DNA from: Trichodelitschia bisporula
Taxonomy: Eukaryota
Assembly (NCBI GenBank): GCA_010356995.1
Contig: ML996695.1
Coordinates: 753,061-817,060 of the forward strand
Direction of reading: 5' to 3'
DNA: 64,000 nt
The notes beneath the pieces were generated by a model, which was not told the DNA's origin, did no database searches, and saw nothing but the letters and a program-made list of their open reading frames with translations. Below, piece by piece: positions 21,926 through 35,748 of the stretch; within the stretch, counting starts at the first letter, position 1, and every line of letters starts with the position of its first letter. Made by a program: the position numbers and the translations under genes.

Positions 21926-22667
21926 GCTGAGCGGCACCGAGATGCTAAGGGTCGTAGGTGCCTTTAGAGTCCTCGCCTCCTTGACATCCGACGTACCAGG
22001 ATCTGTTTGGACTTTAGTCCATGTTCCCTCTTGACCTTTTGTTCCGCACCCCTCAAAATGGTCCACCCAACCCCTCCTCAACACGCATAATATTCACGGC
22101 CTCGTTTCCTTTTCTGTTTCACTAACGGCGCAGGGTTACCTGAAATACTGACTTCGGATTCTTAGAAGAGCATTGATGCGGCATGGGCTAGGTTTTATGG
22201 GATCGGGAGCTTGCGCGCTGCATTATTCGGCTGGCGTTTCCTCTGTCTTTGCGCGTCTGCTCATTTACAGTTGTGTGGCTCTGTCTATGTCGTCGTCGGG
22301 ATGGGACTTGTCATGGAGAAGGGCGCTTCATGGCGTTTCAGTGAAGGTAAAGTGCACGCCCTCTAGGGAGAGGGTGAAAGGGATAATTTGACCTTGTGGG
22401 AATCGGCTTCTTTTGCTCGCTAAGCATGGGGAGGCTCGATAAAAGCTTTTATGAAACACCCTTCGTTCTCTCAAATCTTCATCTACACCCCGCAGCTCAA
22501 TGCTAGTATCGCGCCCAAGTGCCTTCTTCTCGGTGAGAAGTACATAAACCAAACCACCAGGCAACGCCCCAACTCTGAAATACCATTTTGACATATCACC
22601 ACCTTAGAGTTTCTCCTCCCTCACCCTCCACTCCACAGGCAACCAATACCATCGCTCACTCTCCACC

Positions 22668-24116
22668 TCAAAAATCAAACTCCCCACGAAAAACCTCGGG
22701 ATCCATCCCGGGTCCAACCCTGTCCATCAAATCGCGCCGGCCCATATTCGTGAACACACGCCGCAGCGTCTCATAGAGATTCGTGCTCTGGTTCTGCGTA
22801 ATCAACCGGTCGAGCTCCGCGTCCGACACCGACCCACTGCCCCCACCACCCACCAGCTCCTTCGCCTTCTCCCGCCCCTCCTTCTCAACCACCTTATGCA
22901 TCGCCAGCGCACCCAGCAGGTGGCCCGCCGCCTCAGGCAGCACGCCGATGTTGATACAGCTGACGCCGAGGTTATACCGTGCACGGACGAAGTTAGGTCG
23001 CAGGGCGAGTGCATGCTCATACGCCGCAATGGCCTCCTCGCTGCGGCCGGAATTGGCCAGCGTGGCGCCGAGCCGGTTCCAGAGCAGATGCAGGTTGGGC
23101 GCGGCGTTGGCGACGCCCGCATCTGCCGTCTCTAGCGCGCATTGGAAGCAGTCGACTGCCTTGCTGAACTCGTCTGCTGCGTAGAAGAGCACGCCCAGTC
23201 CGACTTGTACGTCTGGGTCTAGGGACTCGGCTTCGGGCCGCAGTTGCGCGGCGCGCAGGAATAGGTTCGTTACCTTTTCATGTAGTGCTGTACGCGAGGT
23301 GACGCCTATGTCCTTGGGCTCGTCAAGCGGCTCGTTGATTAGCTCTGGGTACTTCGTTGCGATCCAACGCTCAAGGGTGCGGTAGGCGGAGGTTTCGTAT
23401 GATTCGTTGGTATAAGAGACGGCGAGGCCCATGAGCGCTTCCAGGTTGTTGGGGTCGAGTTTCAGGGCCTCCTCTAGCGCGCGGATAGCGGGTATCTCCT
23501 TCTCGTTCTGTGCCTGTGCTGAGCCTAGGCGCACCCATGCATCGACGTGGTCGGGCTGCTTCTGAACCGCGGCCTCGAAGGCGAGCGCCGCGAGGGAGAG
23601 ATTCCCACCGGAGTCCATGATGCGCAGACCCTCAGCAAAGGGGTCGGCAAGGTCGGCAAACGGGTTATGCTGCTCGAAGAGGTAATCGCCGAGGGCGGGA
23701 TCGTGGCTGAAGTGGACATTGAGGTCGTCGAAGTCCTTCCAGGCGTCAAGCCCGTCGCCCTCGAGTCCTGTCTCCCACGCCGTATCATCGTCAACCATGG
23801 ACCTAGCAGCCTGCGTCTCAGCCTGGATCCCTCGCCAGATGGACTCGAAATCGCCGAACGCGTCCGTTTCGCCGACTGACCTGTCTAGCCCCTCGAGCTC
23901 GCGCTCTATCGCCGCCTGCGCCGCCGCATCCGTGTCCACCTCCGCGGTCGCCGCCTTGTCCCCCGTCTCCAGCTCCGCGAACTGCGCTTCCCACTGCTGG
24001 TCGTCCAGCTCCACCATGCGCCCCTTGCCCTTCCCCATCTCTTGCTGCGGCTGTGGCTGCGCCCACGCCTGGCCGCCGGCCATCGGACTCGCAAACCGCG
24101 GCTGCATGGCCATGCC

Positions 24117-24152
<36 letters not shown>

Positions 24153-24707
24153 ACCCACGTTCATCATAGGCCGGTAAGCTTGCTGAGCCGGGCCTTGGGT
24201 GTGCGCCTGGTATTGGGCAAACTCGGCGGACGAGAACGCAGGGCCCTGCTGGTGGTGGAGCTGAGGCCCTGGTGACTGGATACCCGGCGACTGGAGCCCG
24301 GGATCGAACTCGGCGGCCCAGGCGGCGGGTGCGGGAGAGTGGGACATGTTGTGTAGCTCCTGGCGCATCTGGTCCATCTGCCATGGGGAGGCGTGGGCGG
24401 GGGCCATAGCGGGGAGGGCACCGGGTGCTTGCATAAACTCGTCCATCATCTGGGTGGCATGTTAGTCTTATGAATATGTGGTGATACAAGGCGCGCAAGG
24501 CTGTGAGTGAGGCATGCGGGGGAGATGTGCGGTACGTACGCCATCTTGACCGGGCGCTGCCTGGCTACGCATGCCTTCTGCCATGCCGCCTGGTCCGCGC
24601 CCAACCAGCCGGTCGCGCTGCAGCGACTTGTCGTCCTGGACATGCTTGGTGAACTGGCTGAGAGGGTTGGCGGCGGTAGAGCACTCAGCCCCTCCGAGAA
24701 ATGACAT
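22668..24707 (-). CDS. PEX5: Peroxisomal targeting signal 1 receptor
   Basis: Exons 24707-24540 and 24449-22668. N-terminal 'MSFLGGAECSTAANPL' with the conserved Cys, WxxxF motifs (WAAEF, WEAQF), TPRs 'LWNRLGATLANSGRSEEA' and 'ARYNLGVSCINIG'. Confidence 0.97.
24121..24150. repeat. (ATGCCC)5 coding microsatellite encoding a (GM)n run in PEX5
   Basis: Read directly; minus-strand translation GMGMGMGMGM. Confidence 0.9.
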
Positions 24708-25363
24708 GGCGGGTCTGTGTACTGCGGGGTCGGTTTGGGGGGGGCAGGAAGCGTTCAGCAGGCCAGTAGCCGGATCCGAAGGTAACAGAGGTGTAAAGAT
24801 TGTGCAAGTGTTTCTCTAAGGATGTGAAGCGGAGTGAGATGGGGAGATGTGGAGGTTTGTGGGGTTAGGGAGTTTGTCAGCTGCGAAAGTGTTTACCTGT
24901 GGGGTTGCCGGGGGGCGATTTATTCGGCTCTCTTCCCGAGGCTCATCACAAGAGGCGGCGGGCCGTGAAAACAAGTCCGTGGCGCGGCTCATTCGAAACG
25001 CCCCTCATCATCGCAAAATGCACCAATACGGATGTAGTCAATTCACATACAAGTCAATTCACAGTAAGTAATGAAGCACATCATCTTTCGAACACACACA
25101 ATTTATTGCCCGTAGATCCCAGAAAACATCAGTAGAGTGGTGATTTCAACGCCACATAAAGTGCAAACCACCCCGCCCTCTAATCCATTTCCCACATCCA
25201 TATCATACAACCCGTTTTTGCTCGTACGTAAAAAACGCATCGCATTATCTACAGGACTTGTGAGCGAAATGCCCTAGGAACAGACTCCACAGGAAGTTCC
25301 CAACTCCACGACATGTAGGGGTCATAATTCCGAGGCACAGATTTCTTCGTCATCCCATCCCCT

Positions 25364-26473
25364 CTACTCCGGCTTGGTCCTAGCACTGGAGAAACTGTAG
25401 TCGATACGAAGTTGGCGTCCATAGACCTCCCTGCCCTCAAGCAATTCCCGGGCCGCCGTGGCGCTCTCGACGTCGGTGAAGTCGGCATGCGCGAAACCAC
25501 GCGGCTGGCCGGTGCGGCGGTCGATGGCCACGCGGACGTCAACGACGTTGCGCACATCACGGAAGAGCTCGTTGAGGTCCTTGTCCGACATGTCGTACGA
25601 CATGTTGCCGACAAACAGCGTCTTGGAGGGGACGTTGGGGTTGCGCCGAGGAGCCTGTGTGCGGGGACGGTGGACCTGGACAGCAAGACGGCGGCCCTGG
25701 AACACCTGCTGGTTCATCTCCTCAATTGCCCTCTGAGCGCTCTCAGCGTTCTCGAAGTCGACGTAGCCAAAACTGCGCTGTATTAGCAATTGTTTTCGTG
25801 GAGTGCAGGCTCCTCTAGAAATGGAGGCCAAACGTACCCCCTGCTCGTGCCGCTCGGGTCGTAGACGATCTTGACACCCTTAACGGGGCCAAAGGCGCCG
25901 AAAAGGTCCCTCAGTGCATCCTCGGACACTTCGAAGAACAGGTTGCCGACGTAGATGGTAGCCTCGGGGTCACCCGGCGTAACATGGCCACGGGTAGGCT
26001 TCCTTCCAGTCGAGGCGCCTGTTGCAGCTTGAGCGGCACCCGCAGACGCTACAGCTGTTAGAAAGCTATAATCCGAATTCCACACGATAAACATACTGAA
26101 AGCCCCATCCGTAACAGCTCCCACCGCTTCGGCCTGCGCCTCCTGTGCCGACTCGGCCTCCTTCACATCGGCGACCTCGGCACTTGAAGGCGCCTCCGGG
26201 ATCGTCTCATCAGTAGTCTTAGCCTCGGTGGCGGGGACAGCATCGGTGCTGTTGAACCGACACTGGAAAGGCGGAATGGCAGCCAGCTTGGGAGTCTGAG
26301 TCGCGCGAAGGTTGGAGATGGTGACAATTGACCGCGGCTTGGACAACAAGGAAGAAGGAGCGGAAGACAGCGCCTTGAAGGCCATGCGCCGGATTGAGTA
26401 CCTGAAGGGGATTGAGAGTTAGCGACCGTGAAGCGATGGGAGGGGACAATTGGAGATGTTTATATACGCACAT
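25364..26473 (-). CDS. Two-RRM RNA-binding protein with a probable mitochondrial presequence
   Basis: Exons 26473-26472 (AT), 26401-26097, 26048-25838, 25772-25364. RNP motifs 'IYVGNL', 'RGFGYVDF', 'LFVGNM', 'RGFAHADF'. Arg/Ser-rich N-terminus MYSIRRMAFKAL...FQCRFNS. Confidence 0.88.
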
Positions 26474-28437
26474 GATGAGTGTAGGGGGGGGGGGGGGGGT
26501 GTCTTAGGTGGAATACGGGGCTATGCAACTGAGAGAGATAACGTGGCCAGATGGAGGGGTGGGAGTGTGAGGGGTGGGAGTGTGAGGGGTGGGAATGGGT
26601 TTGTAGATGGGCAGGCGTTCACGAGAGAGGAAGAAAGTGTGCGTCCGGAAAGTTCGCAAAGTTCGCAGGAGAAGTTTTGGTCCAAGCGAAATCTATCTAC
26701 TGCCAAGACGCTAGTGGGGCTTCCTTGCACCCACTTGAACCCTTTGCGCTGAATTCGCTTGAGAACCACATCTTCCCTCCCACTTCAGCCTCGCAGCTAC
26801 CGTATCCAAGAGAAAATAAACCATCGTCAGCTGCCATTTGCACTGCCCGGTTACCTTGCACGAATGAATCATTCGTTCTGCCTTTGCATGTCGTCATTCT
26901 GCTATCAACTCTCGCTTCTTAGCGAAGCACGGTACCTACGGAGTACCTCCGTACGGTCCACCGCGTCCATGTCGGGGGTGGCGAGCCTCGTCTCTCGCTC
27001 AGTGCCGGCTACCCGGCAGTAGGTTCCAGCGGGCCGGAATTCGTGCAGTGGGTCTGATAGTGCCATGGATCACCGGGCAAGTTGATTTTAAAGTTGTTGA
27101 GCGTTGCCCCCAGTGGTTTGAAGAACAAAGTGCTTGACCAAAGCAGACTCATGGGATATCACTGGAGCCAATCGCGCCCCTTGTTGCATATCACAGACAC
27201 AAGCCACAGCAACGATCCCAAGCCTTAAAGAGGTAGGTAAATGTGGCGGGTGCCCAAGAATAATCACACCACTTTCGGGGTACACAGTAGAGTTAGCTAG
27301 AATGTTCGCTGCAGCAATGACCGTGATGTACGAGTAATACGTCATCCCCACCACCAGCCTCGCTTTGGCAATGCACATCACACCCTGCCTTGTGGCATGT
27401 GAAGCCTCCAAGTTATGCAAGGTAAAGTGGGGGTCGTGTCTTCACCTCGTGGGTTTCGCAGGTCATGCCCCATTGACCAGTTGGAGTCGCCGACATGCAG
27501 CATGCCCATCCGAGCATCACGCTGGTAACTTCGGGTGGCGGCTAGGCATCACCGTCTGGTCCCCTTGCTTTGCTTGCCGTGGAGTCGGAAATCTTCATGG
27601 CGAGGCGGGAGGCATCGAGGCGATTTTGGCCGCAGTATAACCCTCTAGTTCTAGCTGGGCTCCAATTGTCATTGACGCAACAAGGGGCAACATGGACTGT
27701 ACGGGTACAGTAGAAGCGGGGGTACCGTACAGCTGCGTGAATGCATAAGTACCGTAACTGCACGACTACGGGCTCGACTTCACTGTGGTCGTGTGCATCT
27801 GTATACTACGGTATGAAGTAACTCAGATGGTTGATAAGCGACGATAAGGCTTCAGGATAGGGGCTCAACTCGTGAGAGAACAGCTGTTAATTATCCTCTA
27901 ACGTTAGCCAATTGGTACTCAAATTGGGTGAAGACTCGGTCTCTCCGGTGGTCGTTCAGAGTCTTTTCGAGTGCTACTGTATCAATCCTTCGTGGTCAAC
28001 GGCGGTGCTGTATCGGTACGGCATGTACGGATGTACGAAGTACGAAGTAGTTGTTGCGTGTGTTTTGGTGTTGAATCATGGCCGAAGCTCGGGAGTGTCG
28101 CGGGGTGATCCGTGACTGGTCAAAGCGCGACCGGGGGTCGCGTTACTTGTCTCTGTCAAAGTCGACGTGCCATCGAACATCCATCCCGCTCCTCCATCCC
28201 CCACACCCAACAACACTCCCCGAGATCTCCACATTCTCAACCACCAGATACCTTATTCGCCTCATTCTTACACGCCAATTATTCACCAGCATCTTCGACA
28301 TTACTTTCCTCGCCACTACCCCACGAAGTCGGCTGCAGTGACCGCAAATTCGGCCCATGTCTCGACGCGTCCTACGCGTACCAGCCGTCTAGAACGATTT
28401 CTGCTCCGCCTCGACCCACTCTCACCTCGCCTTCACC

Positions 28438-31099
28438 ATGTACCTGCCACGTAATCTCATATCACATCTTTATCTGCACCTCAAACAGACGCACCATCCG
28501 ACCTCTCCTCCGGTTCTTATCCTCGTCTCGCTCGACCCGGACGCGCTCTGTGCCTGTCGCATTCTGACCGCATTGTTCAAACGCGACTTTATCCCACACA
28601 AGATTAAACCCATATCCGGTTATGGAGATCTCATGCGCGTTGGCACGGAGCTTGTCCGTCCCATGCGCACAACAGACGGCGGGAGCGGTGGCGTCGTAGT
28701 ATGTCTCGGAGTGGGTGGCATGGTTGATCTCGAAGCTATGCTCGGACTGGAAGTCGACGAACAAGGAAATGGTGGCATGGGGGATGTCGAAATCTGGGTG
28801 GTAGACGCACGAAGGCCTTGGAACCTGAGCAATGTCTTCGGCATGCAGAATCTGGGCTCTCTAACCGAGAACGGTGAACCCGTCGCCAAAGTCAAAGGCG
28901 TCGAGCAGGGCCGCATATCCGAGTCTTATCGTCCCGGAAGAGGAGCCATTGTGGTTTTTGACGACGGAGACATCGAGGACGAGCTTGCTTCGGAGAGGAC
29001 CGCGTACTGTGCCCTGGCGGAGATGCCCGAACTGGGCGAGGACGATGAGGAGTTCGACGATGGTTCCGATTCAGGCTCCGACACTGCTGTTGAGGACGAT
29101 GTCCCCGAGTCTGGCCAGTCTTCCCGGAAACGGAAATCACCCTCAGACCCGGAAGACAGCGACAGCGAGGCGGACGAAGGCACGCCTCACAAAAAGCGGC
29201 GGAGCAACTCGGTAAGTTCCCTTAGTGCTATCGCGATGTGTCTAACGTGATCAGTCTTCTTCTATCCCGTCCACTCCGGAACGGCCTGCTCGCCGCGGGC
29301 TGCTTGTCACTGAGGGGGGTCCCAGTTCAGATACCGATATTGTTCACTCGGGTTCACCCTCGGAACCTGGGTCACCTGCGCGCAGGGAGCCCTCTGCCCG
29401 CAAACTCCGCCAGCGTCTGCTTAGACTGCGTCGCCAGTATGGCGCCGTCCTGCGCGCTTACTACGACCTCGGAGCCTCTTACTCTGAGCCTATTTCATCC
29501 CTTATTTACAGTCTTGCGTGTGATCTTGGACGCGACGACAATGACTTGCTGTGGCTCACCATCGTCGGTGTAAGCAGTCTGGAAATCTCAGGCCGCACAT
29601 CCAACGGTCTCGGTCTTTCTCCGCTCTCCACCAGCGGTCGTTCATCGGGTTGGACTCGCGATCGCGGCGAGCGAATCCGCGCTGTGCTCCGCGACGAAGT
29701 ACGCCGCCTCAACCCAACGGATCTCAAGGACGTTTCTCGTGAAGCCAATCTCGGTGAGGCGAGCGGTGTGATTCAGACCCACGCGCGGAGCCCAACTGAT
29801 ATGGCCATTCACCTGTCTCCCGAACCACGTTTCCTGCTGGTCCGCCACTGGTCGCTTTACGACAGTATGCTTCACTCGCCTTATCTTTCAGCCAAACTGC
29901 GTGTGTGGAGTGATGCGGGTCGCCGCCGCCTTCACAAGCTCCTTGCTAAAATGGGCATCAGTCTAACGCAGTGTCGACAAGCATACACTCATATGGACCT
30001 GGACATAAAACGCAGCCTGCGAGATCGTCTGCTTAAGTTTGCGCCGCAGTACGGTCTGGATGGTCTGGTACCGCCCGAAGTAGGCCAAGGCACTGTAGGC
30101 AAAGAGGGTTGGGGGTTTGTTCGGTGCTGGGGCTGGAAAGCATGTCTGTCGGCGATGGATGTCGGCATCATCCTTGGTGCCATTCTGGAAGTCGGTGACC
30201 TGGACCCCAAGACTGCCGCGGCCGCAGCGAACTACCGTCCCGGTCAGCCTCAGTCCGTCATTCACTCTGGCATCTCAACGCCGGGTTCTCGCACAGGCCC
30301 CGCTCCCTCGACCTCGTCACCAGGACCGCAAGATGAACTGAAAGCACGCGAGGAAGCACTAATGAAACGGTTTTGGACGGCCTATGACTCACTTGGATCG
30401 GTCGACATTCTTACGTCTCACATCATTACGGCACAACACTTGTACCGGGCTATTCTTCGGACCGGCACATCCCTACTCGAGAAGCGGCAGATTCGTCCCC
30501 TTCGTGCGTTTCGCATGGCTGTGGTCAAGGAGGGTCCGGATGTTGAGCTTTTCACCCACCCGGGTGCTCTGATCAAACTTGCACTCTGGATCGCCGAGGC
30601 TATTGGCGAAACGGAAGGCGATAAGGGCCGCAAGGGCGGCGAGCTCGTTATGGCTGGTTTGGATGAGGAGCGTGGCATCTACGTCGTCGTCGGTCTGGGT
30701 GGTGGTGCCGCAGTCATGGCACAGAAAGAACGCGAAGCACGGCGCAAAGAGCGCAAGGCAGCTCGAGAGAAGAAGCGGGTCGAGAAGCGGGCCGGGCGTG
30801 AGAAAAGGAAGCAGGCACGGCGAGAACAGCTGGAGGCCCTCGGTGAGGAATGGGATGAGGACGACCTCAGCGAGAGTGAAGAAGAGAGTGACAGCGAGGA
30901 CGAGAGTGACGACGAGGAGGAGGAGCGTGAGGAGCGTGGCAAGGCGCTCAATCGGTTCGGTAACGCGTTCCAGGAAGTCATTGCAGAGACGGGCGCTCGT
31001 GTGCGGGTTGACAACTTTGAGCATTGCGTGGTGGAAGTGCGCAAGGAGGACTTAGGCGGGTTCTTAGAGAACTTGAGCATGAAGGCGGTTGTGGGATGA
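28438..31099 (+). CDS. CDC45: DNA replication initiation factor Cdc45
   Basis: Exons 28438-29211 and 29255-31099. Motifs 'LDPDALCACRIL', 'VDARRPWNLSN', acidic insert with NLS, 'RHWSLYDSMLHS', 'NRFGNAF'. Confidence 0.96.
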
Positions 31100-31636
31100 T
31101 GGGATTCGGAGTGTGCATATTGTTCATATGGCTGTATGGTGTCGGGCTGGGGGCATGGGACGGCCTTATTCATACTAGCCTTGGGACGGCGTAGTGATGA
31201 TGCATTTAGCCGCGTTGACAGGTGATGGGGGTCTGTTTAGGGATCGTGTGGCTATTTTTGCTAGATGATGGCATGGAATGATTGCTCTGGGTCTGCCCTG
31301 CTGTGTGTTCATGTTATTACTCCTATTGGTGTTCATGTTTTGGCGTCTCTCTACTGTGTACGGTCTGACTTGTAGTTGACCGCTGATTAGCTCATGAGGT
31401 GTGGCTGAGGTACAGGGCAGGCTGAAAGGATGATGGCGCAGCAACGATGACGCCAGTTTCGCTTCTCCCCTGGCCGAAACTTTCTTTCAACGAAAACACC
31501 AAATCCCCATTTCAAATCCGCTCTTTTTCGCCTCCCAATCTACTCCGTCGCCATGCTCGGCGCTTTAATATGATCTCAGTTCCTCAATCCCAACTCTACA
31601 CCTCACCCTTCAACGCGCCGTACAGCCTCTCCCGAC

Positions 31637-32903
31637 ATGGCCTCCTCCTGCATCCTCGCCCTCTGCAGACCGCACACCCACGCCCTCTCCTCAAGATGCT
31701 GCGCCAGCGCTCTCCGCACCCCCCTCAAAGCTCCCGCCCATAGCGCTCTCAACCTCGCCGTCTCCAGCGCACGGCATTTCTCCAGCACACCACGCGCCGC
31801 ATCCACCCCGGCGCCCCCATCTCCCCTCACCTACGGCATCTCCGCCGCCTACTGCGCCAAACGCTCCAGCACCATCCTGACACAGCCATTCGACCCGTCC
31901 GCTCGTCCCTATACCTCCACCCAAGCGCACAAGCTTCCCCTCCGCACCCGCCGCAAGACCCGCCCCGCCAGCGGCCAGGACGCCTTCTTCGTGGCCACGG
32001 CGCCGGGGGCGCGGGCCCTGGCGCTAGGTGTGGTGGACGGCGTGGGCGGATGGGAGAACGAGGGCGTTGATCCCGCTGACTTTGCCCACTCGATGTGCGA
32101 GCACATGGCTTCTGCGGCGGAGCGGTTCCCCGAGGGATTTGAGCCCCCGCCGCGAACTTTGGCGCCTCGTGCGCTCATGGAAACCGCATATGAAAAGGTG
32201 CTCGCGGATCGCGAGATTGCGGCGGGAGGGTCGACGGCATGTGTTGCTGTGATTGACAGTGCGGGGACAATGGACGCGGCGAAGTGAGCTGCTCCCTGTA
32301 CACCGATATCTAGCTAACCTCCCCAGCCTCGGTGACTCGGGCTTCATCCACCTCGCGCCCTTCCGGATAAGATACGCCTCGCCTCCTCAAACGCACCAGT
32401 TCAACACTCCCTTCCAACTATCCAAAATGTCTGCCCGCCAGACTATGCAGGCACACATCTTTGGCGGCAAGCCCCTGCTCGACCAGCCCTCCGACGCTGC
32501 TCTCACGCACCACACCCTCTCACACGGCGACGTGGTCCTCTTCGCCTCGGACGGCGTGTGGGACAACCTCGCACCCGAAGACCTACTCCGCCTAGTCTCA
32601 CGCATCATGCTCCGGGCAGACGGCTGGGTCATCGTCGCGGACGAAGCGGGGATCGGCCCAGCACTGGGTGCTGGCAAGGAGGGTGCGGGAGTGGTGCAGA
32701 AGGACGGCGGGATTACGAAGCTGGCGCGCCAGATTGCGCTGACGGTGGCGACGGAGGCGAAGAAGGCGAGCTTGAGTGAGCGGGATGGGCCGTTTGCGAG
32801 GGAGGTCAGGCGTGTGCATCCGCAGTGGGGATATACGGGGGGCAAGGAGGATGATATCTGTGTGGTGGTTGCTGTTGCTGGTATGGGGGAAGGCGGGGTG
32901 TGA
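31637..32903 (+). CDS. PTC7: Mitochondrial PP2C-family phosphatase, Ptc7/Azr1-like
   Basis: Exons 31637-32283 and 32327-32903. Motifs 'GQDAFF', 'VDGVGGW', 'GGSTAC', 'ANLGDSG', 'HQFNTPFQL', 'SDGVWDN', 'GGKEDDI'. Arg/Ser/Ala-rich presequence. Confidence 0.92.
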
Positions 32904-34876
32904 GCTGCATTGAGTATTGAGCATTTTCGGCGTCTAGGGGATCTGGATGAATCTAGGAACGGTTGGACTTGATATCCGTCTGTCCTAGGGGGAAAGGATT
33001 ATGGTGGCATGCTGCTTCTGGGAAGTCGATGTTGTCGTTACACCAAGTAATAGACTTAATGATAGTGTGTCTCTCGGTTGACACTCTTCTTGCTGTCGCT
33101 TCTCTCGTCAGGCGGTACAAGTGACCGTTGCGAGCGACGAGTAGCGAAGCTACAGCAGTCAGCCTTGCGGGTCGCGTTTCTTGTTTCAATTATACAGCCG
33201 GCACTATCGTCTAGCCGCACATGCTGAACGAGGCTGACAGCCTTGCCCTTCGTCAATTACGCTAGCATCACGAACACAGGTGCGATTCTGGGCACAGCCG
33301 CGAGCCACTCATCGTGGGGTCACATATCGGCGCTCTCGACGGTCCCAATCTCGCCATCGCAAGCGTGATACCCGGCCCGGCTGTGCGCGGCACGCGGGCG
33401 TACCGTGTAACAGACCCGTTCAACGGAATTCCGCAGCACTGTCAACAGCTCGCCTGCACTATCGTGGGTCAGGCAAGCTCATATCTCACCCTCGCGTCCC
33501 AGCCCGCGTCCAAGTGAGCCACGGAGCATGCTCCGCCAGGTGCGCTTCACACGCGAGCCTCACCCCCTCGCGGGCGATCAATTTCCCCACGCGATTAATT
33601 CCCCGAGCCCCACACGGACCACCGGGCGCCACGTCGGGTTGGCAACGACAACCGTACCCCGCAATCCCGTGAGGCGAGGCCTTATCCTCTTACCTTCATT
33701 CTCTGCTCTCATCCCGTCCCGGAGCAATAGCCCGAAAACCGGAGCGAGTCAGAGTCGGCGGAGCGAGGGGCGGGTGGGGACAAGGTCCAGGCCCGAAGGG
33801 GAATCCCGGAGGCCCGGGTCGTGGAGCGAGGGCGAGTCAGGTTGTGCATGTGGTGCGCGGCACGGGTTTTCTGGGCGGAGGGTGAGGAGATGGGTCCGGA
33901 GTTTATGCGGGGAGGATGGTTCCGGTTGGTGGTGGGTATATTGCGGAGGTGGAGAGGTGTGAGGCGAAGGGGAGGCTTAAGGGAAGGGAGGGGTATACGG
34001 CTGCCCGATAACGACGCCAAAAGGAAGTGTCCTGGTCTTCAAACCGGACGATGTGATTCCGAGGAAGCGACGGCCTGGTCGCGAGAGTAAAGTGCGTTGC
34101 GGCGGTACGTACGGTAGTTCAAGCTGAGGCAGGAACTCAGCGATGCCGAGCCCTGAGGATTTGGGATGATAGAATGAGTGCGTTGTGTTGCGTGAGCATG
34201 GGGCAGGACACCATGTGTACCGGTATGGCCTCTGTAACTACCATCCGTAGTGCCATCTAGAACGCTACGTAGAATCGTCGCTATTATTTCGTTTTGCGCA
34301 CTACGAGTATGCAAAGTAGGCCCAGTTCACACTACCGCAACTGCACGACCTGCGATCAAGCGGGGCTCACCACTAGCTTTAACCCGTCAACCGAAGCGAC
34401 CCTATCACCACTCCGAACACCAGGAACCGGAAATCGACACTTCTGCCGATGCGCGATGCTTCGAGCTGTTCGATTTAACTTCTGGGAGCGGTCTATGGCC
34501 TGATCACATTACGAAACCCTCAAACCCGCCACCCAAATTCCTCTCCCTACCCTCCTGAACACAAGGCCCGCATCACAACCCGCCGTTCCGAAACCCAGGC
34601 CGACACCCAGGGTACAGATAGCGAGATGTATGCCATGCCGAGTTCGTTCTGTCGCAGGTCCCGACGCGGTGGGCACTCGCTACCACCCCTAGGGAGATGG
34701 GGATGTGATGGCTCGGCACCGGGCAGCGGGTTGGGTGGGCGGGATATGATTCGCGCGACATGGACGAGGGGTTCTCACCGCCTGGCAAAAGAACTGGGAC
34801 GAGGACGTTTGGGACGTGGGAAGTTGGGACGTTCTTTTTGAAGAGTTGATGGCTATCTTTTTGTGCTCACCTAGTT

Positions 34877-35748
34877 CTAGTGCGTCGTCCCGTTCGCGGT
34901 GCCGTTGACATGGCCATAGGCCGTGCCGTTGGCATGTCCATTAGAACTAGCATGCCCATTGGCTACCCGGTTCCCGTTCGCAGCCTCCTCAACCACGCGC
35001 GTGAATCCTGTGCGCGTCTGGAAATCGGCTGACGTCTTCGGTGGCCGCCTCATGATGGTGTATTCCGACACCCACTTCTTAGTCCGCACACACACCAGCT
35101 CGACATCCTCAAAGCCGCACGTCTCATACAGGTGATGCCCCGCGGGCGAACCTTCAACCCAGGTAGGCACCATGAGCCGGTCAGCGAGATCGGTGCCCCA
35201 TTTGACCTGGATGGTGCCAGCGCCGCTGCCGTGGTAGGCCGGATCAGTGAAGAGGATGTAGAGCACTGCAAAGGTTAGCCGGCGATAGGGGTAGGATCGC
35301 GACGGAGGCTCGATCGGAGGAAGAGATCGATGCGCCCGAAGGATGAGAGGTGGTACTCACAGACGTGCGGATGGCCGTACATGTGCTTCGCGCGCCGCTC
35401 CATGAAATCCTTCGCCAGAAACGCCGCTTGAGCCTTCAAATCGGGATCCGCATTCGGGTCGTCCTCCTCTGGTGCATGATCATCCGCGACAGGCGTCCAT
35501 GACGGGTATATCTTCCACTGCGCGGCGCTCACGATCTTGCCCGTGTCCGCGTCCGTCAGCTTCATCCAGCAGTCGGTCGGGTCCGTGTGCATCGTTTTGA
35601 TGAATTTGACCTTGGTGGCATCGCGTGCTTCTTTGGTGTTGGGCCCGAAGAGCGCTTGGTGCAGGTCGACTTTGCTGAAGGCGCGGAATTGGATCTCTAG
35701 GAGCTCGTCGAAGTCCTCTTCACGGACGCGCGATTGGATGAGCTTCAT
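34877..35748 (-). CDS. GNAT-family N-acetyltransferase
   Basis: Exons 35748-35361 and 35265-34877. 'LFTDPAYHGSGAGT' (acetyl-CoA motif A) and 'VEGSPAGHHLYETCGF'. Confidence 0.9.

Noticed and set aside
33709..33849. 46-aa minus-strand ORF after a pyrimidine-rich leader
   Set aside because: No motif, intron or codon evidence distinguishes it from chance.
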